NCBI GenBank assembly: GCA_021613535.1
Contig: CP075495.1
Location: forward strand, 2,728,001-2,792,000
Direction of reading: 5' to 3'
DNA: 64,000 bases
Source of the DNA: Adineta vaga
Lineage: Eukaryota; Animalia; Rotifera
Below the pieces are notes generated by a model. It saw nothing but the letters and a program-made list of their open reading frames with translations, was not told the DNA's origin and made no database searches. The stretch's first letter is position 1; every line of letters starts with the position of its first letter. Positions 12,122 to 25,000 of this stretch are shown one piece after another. A program made the translations under genes and the position numbers.

Positions 12122-13378
12122 ATGCGATTAGTAATTATCAAAGACTATGCCGAAGTGGCTGAATGGGGTGCTCGATATATAAAAAAGAGAATCAATGATT
12201 TCAATCCCGGTCCTGATCGATATTTCGTACTTGGTCTTCCAACTGGTAACTAATTTGATTTGCTAATTAATCTTAAATTAAATCCTTTCTAGGTAGTACA
12301 CCCATCGGTACTTATAAAAAATTAGTTGAATTTGTCAAAGCAAAAGAATTATCATTTAAATATGTAATTACTTTTAATATGGATGAATACGTTGGATTAC
12401 CACGAGTAAGATTTTGTGATCATTTGAATAAATGTTTCGTTATCATTTTAATGTAAAGGATCATCCGGAAAGTTATCATTCATTTATGTGGAAATTACTT
12501 TTTCAACATATCGATATTGATCCTGAAAATGTGCATATACTCAATGGCAATGCACCGGATCTTATTCAAGAATGTTCGCAATATGAACAAGCTATTCGAG
12601 ATGCTGGTGGTATTGATTTATTTGTTGGAGGTATTGGTCCTGATGGACATATTGCTTTCAATGAACCAGGTAGATCATTTTCTAGATTTGAACTGTTAAC
12701 TATTTCTTGTTCTTTACAGGTTCTAGTTTAGTATCTCGTACTCGAGTTAAAACACTTGCTCAAGATACGATTGCTGCGAATGCGCGTTTTTTCAATAATG
12801 ATATCAATCAAGTACCTAAATCGGCATTAACTGTGGGTGTCGGAACAGTAATGGATGCACGAGAAGTTAGTCATTATGTTTTTTTTCATTCAAGGACAAG
12901 CGAAAATAGAAAAATCTTTATTCTTCTTTCTAAAATAAACATTCATAAAGTAGAATATCTTCAAAATTGTCACTTAACTATTACCGAGGAAAGAAAAAGC
13001 TTTACTAATGGATAATACTTCATTCGACATTTGCCATTTCTTTAAATAAACCATGTTTCTCTTTTTTAATCAAGTAATCTTTGCATTGCATGATATAGAT
13101 GAGACATGCTATTATAAATACTTATTTTTTAGGTGATGATTTTAATTTCGGGTACTTCGAAAGCTTACGCACTTCATATGGCAATTGAAGAAGGTGTTAA
13201 TCATATGTGGACAGTATCGGCATTTCAAAATCATCCACGATTTTTATGTGTCTGTGATGAAGATGCAACAATGGAATTGAAAGTCAAAACCGTTCGATAT
13301 TTTAAAGGTTTGATGCCTGTACATAGTCAATTAATTGAAGAAACAGGTCATCCATCATTAATTCATACTGAAAATTGA
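12122..13378 (+). CDS. GNPDA: Glucosamine-6-phosphate deaminase (5 exons)
   Basis: MRLVIIKDY...FVLGLPTG|[58 protein letters not shown]. Confidence 0.95.
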
Positions 13379-13566
13379 ATCAAATGAAAAACATTTCTTT
13401 CTTAGAATTTATTTTATTATGATTATTTTTTTGCAATTAATCAAAATCAGTAGTAATAATTAATTGTCTTTAGAAAGACAAATGAAAGCAATATTCCAGA
13501 AGAGAAATAAAAAACACCAAGTCTTTGTTTTTTTTTCGATATTTTAATTAAAAACAAAACAAATAA

Positions 13567-15392
13567 TTAAGCGTGTACATATTTCGTTGCAGCCCATTTA
13601 TGATTCGATCGTCCTCGACGTTGACGAAGAATTTGTGAATCAATTTCTAATGCTGCTTCTTTATCGATTAAATTTGCTTGTAAACGTTGTCCAACTATAT
13701 GTAATGTTTTTAATTGTTTTTGTGTCTGATCAGCTGATTGTTGAAGATTTGTTGTAGCCTAAGGAAATAATTGAAAAGAAAAATATTTTACAAGAAAATT
13801 TAAGTTACTTTAATTGTCATTTGAGCTTCGGGCATTTGATTTCCCGGATGTCGTTGAAATGTTTGAATAATTGGTCGATCAAATCGTTCGGATATTTTCA
13901 AATTGGATGAACTTTGTGGACCTGCATTTGTTCGCTGTGCACTCATTGTTAAATTGTGCCAACGTTGTGCACGACTTTGAGCAAGCATATTTTCACCGAG
14001 TGAGACTGTTAGGTGTTGCTAGAAAAAGAGTACAAAAACGGATTCTCAATGGATAATTTAAGAATAAGAAGTAGATATTCACTGCTAATGTAACAATATC
14101 CGCTAGTTTTTGTGCCAAACTTTGATTGGTAGTTAATGTGTAAGCTTTTGCATCGTTAAATGCATCTCTTAATTGATTCATTATTTGTTTCTTGATTTCA
14201 CGTGATTCATCAATTAATTTTGCAGCATCATCAAATGCTTGAATAACATCTGGTGTAAATGGTTGTAAATGACCAACAAGAGGAAAGCCATTTTCATCTA
14301 ACAGTTTTGATTCAGCAGAATTCATATGATTTGTTCTATCGTGTTGTGATCGATAAGCTTGTGCAGAAGGTGCACGACGATGATGGATATTTCCTAATCT
14401 ATATATAACATTGTTCGAAATTAGTGATTTTATGAATTGAAAATCATGCATACTTTTCATTTCGAGCCACTTCAAATGTTCGTGATGCACTTGTTAAACA
14501 TTGACATATGAGTTCCGTAACTGTTGAACGTTCTTTACAAATGTTTCCTAATCGTCGTCGAATTTCATCAAGTTTCTACAAAAGAAGGTTTACAAAATAT
14601 TCGATGAAGAATTTCATTTTACCTGCATTTGATCATGAACATTTCTGCAATTTAGTTCGAGAATTTTTTTAATATTCATTAAATGATATTTTTCAGCAAC
14701 GAGAATGTCATCAACACCATCAGGTTCCTAAAAGAATAGAAATATTTCATCATCATTGACAAGAAAATAGCATTACCGATTCTCGTTGGGGTTTCTTTCG
14801 CATATTGATACTGTCTTTATTGATTACGAGATCTTTTCGAATATGATCAATTGCAGCTTCCGTATAATCTTTATGTTTCAATAATGATTTGATTTCTTCA
14901 TTGACATCATTCCAACATAAACGTAATTTAGCAACAACAACACGACATTGACGAGCATAGAGAAAGGCTTCTGTATTACTCAATTCACAAAGTAGTTCAC
15001 GTACGTTAGGTAAGGGATCAATACCTTAAAAAAATAATACTCAATTTTAATTTAAATGATTTGATTTTGATCTTACCTTTGCCAAAGAGAATATTTCGAT
15101 CACTTTGTTCTATTGCTTTAGCATTGACTCGAACATCAGCCATTGTTGCTTGACGCCAATTATCATTACTCAATAAACTTCGACCTAAACGTGTACCTTG
15201 TTGACCAGCAAAAGCAGTTGCTGGCCGAGTTGATTTGATTGTTTGTTGTTGTTGATTAGGTAGTTGTAAACCATCGTAGGTATAACCTCTTGTTATATAG
15301 TACTTTTCGTTATTATTTCCTTGATTATTATCATCAGTTAATGATGGTCTGTGCATTTGACATGCTGTTCTAGGTCGTTGAAGATTTGTCAT
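13567..15392 (-). CDS. Tektin-like coiled-coil ciliary protein (CCDC105/TEKTL1-like), multi-exon
   Basis: Coiled-coil protein with tektin-like segments (RKKPQRE, ERFDRPIIQTFQRHPG) and C-terminal LEIDSQILRQRRGRSNHKW. Start at ATG 15392; the ORF-track start at 15515 is a GTG. Confidence 0.7.
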
Positions 15393-15725
15393 AATCTCGA
15401 ATTTTCTAATAATATCGAAATTATTCCATAAGAAAAAAAGAAGAAGAAAAAAAAAACTTTTTCTCTTTTTTATGTAAAATTTGAATATATGTATGTGATG
15501 GTTAAATAAAGTCACTAGAAACTCTCCTGTTTCAAATCGCTGTCATAGAATCAAGCATTATTGATTCCTTTTTTTATTCTTTTCCTTTTCCTCTCTCTCT
15601 CTCTTCTTTTTTCCTTCTTTCCTTTAATATGAGACATTCTTTTAATTTTTTTGGCTAGAAGGCATGTAACAACCAAACCTTATTTGATCGTTCGAATGAC
15701 AAACATCGACAACATTTCATTAGAG

Positions 15726-15739
15726 AAGCCCGTGGCAAC
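15726..15739. promoter_or_regulatory. Candidate RFX X-box (strong half-site) upstream of the tektin-like gene
   Basis: aagcccgtggcaac contains CCGTGGCAAC, the stronger half of GTTNCCATGGNAAC, ~340 nt upstream of a predicted ciliary gene. A second gtaacaac lies at ~15666. Confidence 0.35.
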
Positions 15740-16055
15740 CAAACTATCAAACAACATGTCGATGAGCGAACATACTTGTTACTGTAATCAAAATAGTAAC
15801 TCAGATATTTGTTATTGTTATTTTATTACAATCATATGTCTCTCTGAAGTCGTTCTTTTATTTTAATTAGTCAAAGTTCGTATTGAATAGATACACACAG
15901 AGGAAATTATAATAAACGAATGAATGAATGGATGGTGAAATATTGTAGTCATTTATTATTGTTTTGACATCACAAAAAAAATATATCGAAAATTTACAAA
16001 ATGAAATCGACGAGGTTAAAAGTCAGAGGCGTGATCGGTTTTTTCTATTCGTTTG

Positions 16056-19000
16056 TTATTGTGAAGATTTTGGATAATAAGGAAATTGAGATCGTTGGTG
16101 TTGTTGAATGAAATGTGATGAATGTTGAGGAATAACAATAGGTAAACTCTCGACCGGATTTTGAATTATCATTTGATTATCATCAAGATCACTTGAGATA
16201 TCTTCACCATCACCAGTCATTGGATGTCGTCCAGATGGAGGTGATGTTGATGATAAATGATAATGACAATCAGGTGAAGAAGTGTCGACTAGAGTCGATA
16301 CTGGATAAAGTGGACGATGACGTTTGAAAAATCCACACTAGAACAGAATATCATAAAATCATTACTTTCTAATAGTACAATAAATTCTAGCTGACGGATT
16401 GACTATAATTACAGATGTGAATAATCGACTAGTTACTTCCTGAATAAATGCTATGAAGAAAAAATCAGCCGAGAGAAATCATATATGCCAAGGGTTAAGT
16501 CTTCATTTAGATGAGTTTTTTAATAGGTTAGTATGCATCAAAGGAAGATTTTACCCTCAAAAAGTACACATAAAGGGTTCTTATTGTTAATGAAACGTTA
16601 CCAATTGAGCAGTATAACTTTCAAGTGTACTTGTTTAACTAATTGAATACATCTTCAATTAATCGATCAGTTAAAAGCCTCACATTCGTTTCCACTTGAG
16701 TGACATATTTCAAGTTCAAAAAACAAAATTTTTCAGCTCAATGAACATTTTTTTTTGAAGTTATCAACATAAATCGTATTTGTCGTTCAGGCCTACATAT
16801 ATATATATATATACTTCCGTGAAGTACAGAATCGATTGAACTAACCAAAAAGAAAAGTCAGCATACAGACTGTCATTTTTCTCGATCAACACACATCAAC
16901 TAACTGTCGTATGCTTCGCTAGTTTTTTTTTCTATTCTGATAAATCTCTTTTGTTTTCCTAGAATTACCAGTCTATCGAGTCCTATTTCGCCATAAATAT
17001 TAACACGTCAACAACTGGTGAAGAGTCGGATTGTGACGGCACATCCATCTATTAGATTGAGAGTTAGATTGTCAGAAAGAAAAGACTATTGACTTTGTTG
17101 ACGATTGATGTTTTTGCACTGTTAATACTGCTTACATGATTATCATATAGATCAACATGCTATGTATGTCTAAGATTACTAGTTATACATGTTGATTCCA
17201 TTAAAATACAGGTAATGAATAATTTCGATTTTCTTTTGTCTATTTAAAAGAAGATACTTACACACCAGAGGACACCAACGAGAATAATTAAAAGGGTAAC
17301 ACCAGCGGTAATACTTAAAGCAATGAGCCAAACCCAATTTTGAGATGAGCGTTCGACAATTGGCGGTAATTGTGTTTCAAGCTAGAACAATATAGAATCT
17401 CATTTTATTTTTTTTTCAGATTTTAATAAAGAATATGAATGATTAATAGATGATGAAATGAGAAATATTCTTTTGTCCAGAAATTGTCATTATATTCTAT
17501 AGTGACGAATCATTCAATTGTCTATTGCTTTTCCTCGAAAGACAAGATCTCAACACGTTGTGATTACAATAAAATTACATTAATTTATCTCGAAGACAAA
17601 ATCATTCATGACACTGCTTAGTTTCATGCATATCTCTTAAGTATTTCTGTCATATTCTATTCACTTGAGTTTTTTTTTAATATATTCATAAAAAGAATTT
17701 ATGAATTTATAAAATTCCTACGTCATTCCATTATCTGTTGAATGACAAGAAATCTAGACATACATATATGTATGTCTCATGCGAAAAACTCCCGTTTTAT
17801 ATCACGAAAAAAATTAACGACGTTAAAGATTAAGTATAGAATCAAGCACTTATTGTTCTTCTTCCTTCCCGTCTTAATCAGCATTCCTTTCATTTTTGCC
17901 TTTCTCATTTGTTTACTGACGCTGTCTTTGACTTATCTCTCACTAGTTAACATTTCGCTTCCTTTTTTTTAATTATTCTACCAAGAGAATAATTATTATT
18001 TAAAAGATAACTCTAATTACAAATTATGATCGATAAGATCTCATTTCCAAATCATTATTCAATCGATCAACATCTTTGTAGGACATTTTTTCCCCGATCG
18101 ACATCAATGTATTTACACGATAAATAATAGGTTTGTTTGCAATTAATAGTTTTTCTTCTTTGTCTTACATCTCTCGACTACTCATTAGAAATTTTTTACA
18201 TTTTCTGGACGATGAATTCCTTCTATGTAGTATGTTGCATACGCGCGATATATATACATAAAATTTATCCTTATTTGTCATCATATAAGCCATATTGTAT
18301 AGATAAATATAGAAGGAATTCCGTTAACATTTGTATGAACAAAAGATTTTATTTTCTATTCGAATATTCCTCATCTTCATGACTTTATTCTTCTATCGAT
18401 CTGCAACGAAGTACGTTTTTCTCTCTTTCCTGGAAACATTATTGTCACGACCATTAAGTAATAACAAAAGAAAGACCTATACTATTGTCCTGATAATTTC
18501 ACTATATTATTCAGAGTTTTCTGTTGACATACCACATCTGCACACACATACACACAAAAGCTTATTCAAACTATATCTCTAGCGATTCGCTCTTCGATCT
18601 TTCTCTCTACTATCTATTTGTCTATTTTTACTTATATTCATGATCGTCTTCTCTTCTCTTTTTTTTATTTGCGACATAAATATTAGATGAATGCATCTGG
18701 ATTCATGTCCTCTTTTAGAGACGAAAAAATATCGTTAATCATCAACAACATTTTTTTATCCATTTTCTAAACAATAATCAACTAATGTCCTATAGATATT
18801 CACCAAAAATGTTTTTCTTTCTTCAAGTAAGTAGTGACGTATTGAGAACGTTAAATTCATTTTTTTTTCTCTTCAAATAAAATTCTTTTAATAGAATGAT
18901 AAATCAGCATACGAAATTTTAGAAATATATTTATCAACTACATTTTAATATATCACGCTCCAGTGATCCAAAAGAGAGCTTATCAAGTTGTTGCTCAACA

Positions 19001-22000
19001 TCACTTCTCTCTTTCATTTAATATTCCTTCGACGTCTCATCCTAATAATAACTCTATCAAAAACTATAGAAAGGAAAGACTTTTGAGTCTTTTCCTTCTT
19101 CTTCTTCTTCTTCTTCTTTTTTCTTTGCACAGTTGTTGTTTTTTTGTCTATTTACTCATGTATGTGAAAAAGCAAAACCAAGCAAATAACATTGATGAAA
19201 TTTTCATATTCCCTATTCGTATTGTTGGTGACTTGGTTTATACTTCTTTTTGTATTTTTCTTCTTCTATATATGCATAGTACTGCTTAGGGAATACAAGG
19301 ACTAATTACGTTGATTACGGACGTGTTCATCATATTAGAGAAAAAGAAAAGTGATGTTGATTAAACCGAGCAATAGTAAAAAATATGTGTAAATCAAATC
19401 ATAAGGATAACACATTGACACTAATATTTCTATGACACATAATCATTAGAATAATGATGACGACAAGACAAAGAGGAAAACGTCTGGGCGTAGCACTGTT
19501 GTCTTTCTAGTTAACAATGTTAATTATTATAAGTTTAAGCTTTTCTTTGCTTTGGTTTTAGTCTATCTTCTTCTTCCTCTAATTAATATACAAGATGCTT
19601 TATTAAATTTATAATCAGATAAATCTTAAAGTAAAATCACCAATTATGATAAGTTGTTAAATGTGATAGAAACAGTAAACGTAAAATTAGAATGAATAAA
19701 ACTTTACGAAACACTAATATTTTCCCCTAGGGGTTTTCTTTTTCTTTTTGAGTCCTAAACCTGAAGAATAGTTTTCATAGATAAAAGCGAATGTTTAATG
19801 TTGCTTGAAATTTTCTTTTTCTTTTTCTTTTTCTCTACACATACAAAAAAACTGATTTAGTAGATAAAGAGCGGATATGTCGATCCTAATTTTCAAACTT
19901 CTAATATTAATCGCAGTTAATAATTATCTATACTAGCTTAATTTCCTTTTCTTCTATATTGTTTTCTAGAAGTTAACATCCGATTCATTGTTATCTTGAT
20001 ATAAGATGCTTTCTTTTTTATGAATGTACACATAGAAAAGTCGAAAGACGAAGTAAAAAAAAACTGATTCTTTCTTTTCTGTTTCTTCTCTCTCGTTTTC
20101 CTTCTCTCACAATCAATGTTAATAAATGAGAGTCTGATTTCTCTTTTCTCATTTTTCTTTTTTTCTGTCCTATACACTCGGAAATAACTTGAAAGAACCG
20201 GACTTTCCATCGTTGTTACATATATTTTTTTCCTCACTAATCTAGATAATACACACACACACATATTAAATATTCGTCTTTACATGAAGTCGATTGACAA
20301 TGCTTTACAATGAACCAAACATGGTTAGGCTTATCAAATGCCGATAAAACAGGCACACGTTATGATTATAATAATTTCTTATTAACTGCTGATCTTTTTC
20401 TTAATAATACACTACAAGAAATTTCTAATGATATTCATCTGGAATATCAATCATACTTTTCCACATCAACAACAAGTTTAAAGCGAATACAAAATAATTC
20501 ACATGTTAATCAAAGTTCGATTATTAATCCATTGTTTATGAAGGGTATTTCATCACCAATTGAAAGATTTATATTAACTTTTTTCATGTCAACAATGGCA
20601 TTTCTAACTGTTTCGGGTAATTCATTAGTTATTATTGCATTTATATGTGAGCCAGCCATACGAACATATTCAAATTATTTTATTCTCAATCTTTCTATTG
20701 CTGATTTACTTATTGGACTTATTTGGTAAGTTATTCTTCTTCTTCTTGTTCTCTGCTAAAAGATATACATCGCTTAATAATATCTATCCAGTAAACTTCT
20801 TAACGTAATCTAAAAGTTCAGATATTCGTATACAATAAGATCTAAGAAGAAAACGATGAATAAAAGAATTTTCTGTTAAAAAGCGAACAACAAATTTCTT
20901 TTTATCTACTATGTAGCGAATGTAATCTTGATTTATTCAATAATTTATATGTAAACATGTTTTACAAATCTCCGATTGTCTGGCTCTTAAGGCCATTGAT
21001 TACGATGATTGAAAAAGCTATTTCGACATGTCTAGATGTTTATTTAACTATGAAAATGAAGTAATGAGAAAAGAGGCAAATATAGAAAATATTTCTCAAT
21101 CTAACGTCAAAAATAATTTGACCAAAATGACATTAGTTGATAAAACAAACGATAATGGATCCTTTCATGTTTTAGTATTCCACTTTATGCTCATAAAATA
21201 ATCTTTGGTGAATGGTATCTAGGATATATTCTGTGTAAACTATGGTTAGTTTTTGATTATGTTGTTGGTTCAGCCTCAACATTATGTATTGTTGTTATTT
21301 CTTATGATCGTTATCAAATGGTTTCCAAAGGTTTAAATTATATTTCGAAAACAACGATAAGACGTGCATTAAATTTTATGATAGGTACATGGATTATAGC
21401 AATTCTTAATTATGGTAAAAAAACGACGAAATTTAACATCCAAATATGATCGATTTGAATGGTTTTATTCTTTTCTTTTCTAGCTCCAGCAATACTATTA
21501 TGGGATTGGTTACCCGGTACTGATTTATTTCAAACTCGTTCCTGTGATCCACCATTTGCTAATAATTTTCCATATTTAGTAACAACAGCATTTGTTGAAT
21601 TTTTTGTACCATTTTTTAGTATAACAACACTTAATCTCTTAGTTTATATGAATATTCGTCAACGTTCACGTGGACTAATACGTACGAAAAGTACTCATAA
21701 TGACAATAATCAGCTTCATGTTGAAAAGAAAACATGTCAATCATCACATAATTGTAATGGAAAACTCGATTGTCATGATGATCAAGAACTTACACAACTA
21801 CAACCATCAACAAATATACCTTTACCAACTTCAACAACTTATTCAAAATCATCGTCCTCATTAGCCTTAGCACGTGATCGTAAAGCAGCAAAAAATCTTT
21901 TTATTCTCGTTTTTGTCTTTGCTCTATGCTGGTGTCCATATACATTTCTAACATTAATACGTGCATTATGTAAAAATCCAGATAAATGTATACCAGCATT

Positions 22001-25000
22001 TATCTACGAAATCACATTTTGGTTACTATGGTTAAATTCAACGATTAATCCATTACTATATTCATTTCTTCATGTGAAATTTCGTGAAGCATTCTATCGT
22101 ATTTTATGTTTTTATAATGTAAGACATCGTCGTCGATTATGAGACCATTAAATCTAATGACTAGCTTGAATAAAAAAATAATGTCTACACACACACACAC
22201 ACTCTCACATTTACAGAATTCAATCTGTCTCTCTCTCTCTATTCTTTTATCCAGATTATTTAGTAAATAAAAGGAAAACAAATATATGACTATGACCGGA
22301 TCATTTATATATATATATATATATCGAACGAGGAAATTTGTTGAAGAAAACGAGAATCAGGAAAGGAGCGTTATGCATTAATTATTTATGAGAAGAAATA
22401 ATTGCTTTTAGTGTATATATGTGCGTGTAATAAGACGTACCTTTAAATAAACGATTGCTTGTTTGGATGATTTATTGGATGGAAATTTTAGAGGAATTTC
22501 TCGAACTTGCGCACTAGCATTGGAGATAATAAGAAATGATTTCGACCGATCAAATTTCTAGAAAAAAAAAGAAGATATCAAATGATGAGATATGTGTGTA
22601 TTTTTTTTAACTCTTTCATCTTTTCTGTAAATTATTGTTAAAAAAAACCGCTTTCTAGCTAAGAAATATATCCATTGTGTTTTCAGTCATTGTTAAAATA
22701 TAATCTGCTTAAATATAAGAATCATTGTTTTGATATTCTAACCGAGAAACCAATGAGAGATTTTCTATTATAAAAGTATCGTAAATATTTCATGAACTTG
22801 ATTGAACTTATAACATGTATGTCATAGATATAACTTTAGAAAAACAAAAATCGCGGTCGATCATACGTCTAAATAACCTTTATCACTTTGATACAACTCC
22901 AAACGGCGTATTCTCTAAATTGATCATAATTGATCTTTTCACTAGACTTAAATAATAGAATACAATTTGAATACAAATATAAGTGAAGCCTAAGGCTAAA
23001 AGATAACAACATGGGTGAGAATCTATAAGTATAGTCGGTTCATTGTTCGCCTCTATGCGAACATAGAATATTTCATGAAAATGATGAGTTTATGTAAGTA
23101 TCAACGAGTTCACTAGTTACATATAATAGTGAAGAGAAACAAATATCAATAACTTACTGATTGAAATTGATTCAATCGTAGAATAGCTTTTAATTGAATT
23201 AAAACACTGTGACCAATTGGAAGTGTATCAATATAACAAATGAAACTTTTACATAATGGTCCATGACAAAAAGTAGGAATAGATGATTCTTGAAAACGTT
23301 CGATTGAAGATCCATCAGGAAGAATAAGATTATTCGAAAATGTTGAATGAATATTATTGATAACTGGATGATATATACCATTATTTTCTACACTAGGTAC
23401 ATGATTTATTGTCTAAATAAAGAAAGATTTTTATTCAAGTTTTGTTAGTTCTTTTTTTGTATTCAAACAATAGAAAAAACTAATTCCTCACTGGTTGATA
23501 GATATGACATCGATCAATTTTTGCTTTGGGATCTGATACTCGAATAATCGATGGAAGATCAATACCATGTAATAAAGGTTGTTGTTCATTAAAACCTGAT
23601 AATGGCATCATTGGCCACATTAGTTTGACTTCGGTACGTTTGGCATCACTTGGTCCTTTATTATGTAAAGTATATGTATGAACTATTTCAAGATCACTTG
23701 TGTGCTTGAGAAGATTATTATCCGATGAATCTAAGGCGATTTGTTCTGGTTTAGCAACACTAAAATTTAAACAGATATGAATGAATAAAGAAATGCATTC
23801 ATTGAGATTAGCTTATACCCGATAAAAACCAGTTCTGGTGAACTTGAAACGGGAACAATGATTTCTGACACTAAGTTTTTCGAATCTGGATTATCACTAA
23901 TGCATGAAAAGAAAGAAAAAGAAATCCAATTATTACAAATTTATTAGTTTATTTTAGAAAAATTCTTACCTAGTTATATTTATTGAAAATACAAGTGGAT
24001 CAGTTTCTATAGCTGAATAATTATTCACTGCTGTATGAATTTGAATTGAAATCTGAAAATTACAAGAAATTATTCATATGTATAGATCTTTGTAATATTC
24101 AACTTTACATTTCCATTTGCAAGGAAAGGATTACCAAGATGACATACAATAATTCGATCGGACCCTTTCATTAGATTACAATAAAGATTAACCTTACGAT
24201 AGAAAAAGGAAAACATAAATGAAGATTTAATCATTGATGCATACTGTAGAACTCGTATTAGAACGAACATATTCAACACCGACAGGTAATTGTATTAAAC
24301 ATTGTGTATCATAGGCATTTTCACCAGTATTGCTAACATTAATATCGAGTAAGATCTTTTTTGTCAAACCAACTTTATAGATATCTGGCCAACTAAAGAA
24401 GAAAAGATCTATCTATCTATCAATCATTCGATATTCTTTTACTTACTATGAAGTTTTAAGATGAAGATCTGGTACACAAACATCATCATAACCACAATCT
24501 TTTTGAATCGGAATCTGATGAATATATATAAACAAGAAAGATACTAAAAAAGAAAATGTCCATTTATTTGTATTTACGTTATAATCAAATGTCGAATTCG
24601 TTGGACTAAGAATAGGTGGAACAATAGTTGCATCTAATTTTGAAGTAAGTATGTAATTGATTTGAAGACGAATTGGTTGAAGTTTATCATCGACATCATC
24701 CTATATTGAATTGAATTAGTATCTTATTATAACTTCACATTTATAAATGAACTAAGCAATCTCTTATTTGCATTTTAATAATTCATTCATATGTATATCG
24801 ATTACCTTCATATATAATGCGTAATCATGACAAATACGATCGGATGTTTTAAAATGTCTCTTTTTAATCGATTTGAATGATTCACGAAAGAATAAACGTT
24901 GATCAGCTTGATTTTTCTCTTTATCCAATTGTATTTCATAAGTTAAAGCTATATGAGAATAATATATTCTAGTCCTATTTGAAATCTATTCAAAATCTTA

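Noticed and set aside
16491-16498. AGGGTTAA, a piggyBac-like terminus
   Set aside because: No matching TTAACCCT partner or transposase sequence was found.
16963-17419. + strand acceptor/donor/acceptor set suggesting an antisense transcript whose intron spans the integrin TM exon
   Set aside because: Such splice-like signals arise often by chance in AT-rich DNA; no ORF or other support.
17971-17995. taccaagag, resembling the 3' end of the recalled rotifer spliced leader
   Set aside because: Only 9 nt match, with no following GT donor or SL-RNA structure.
17742-20264. Short hydrophobic or Lys-rich ORFs in the integrin intron, and similar ones at 29350-32837, 41814-42967 and 58733-60366
   Set aside because: Low-complexity translations of poly-pyrimidine/purine non-coding DNA, many with TTG/GTG starts.
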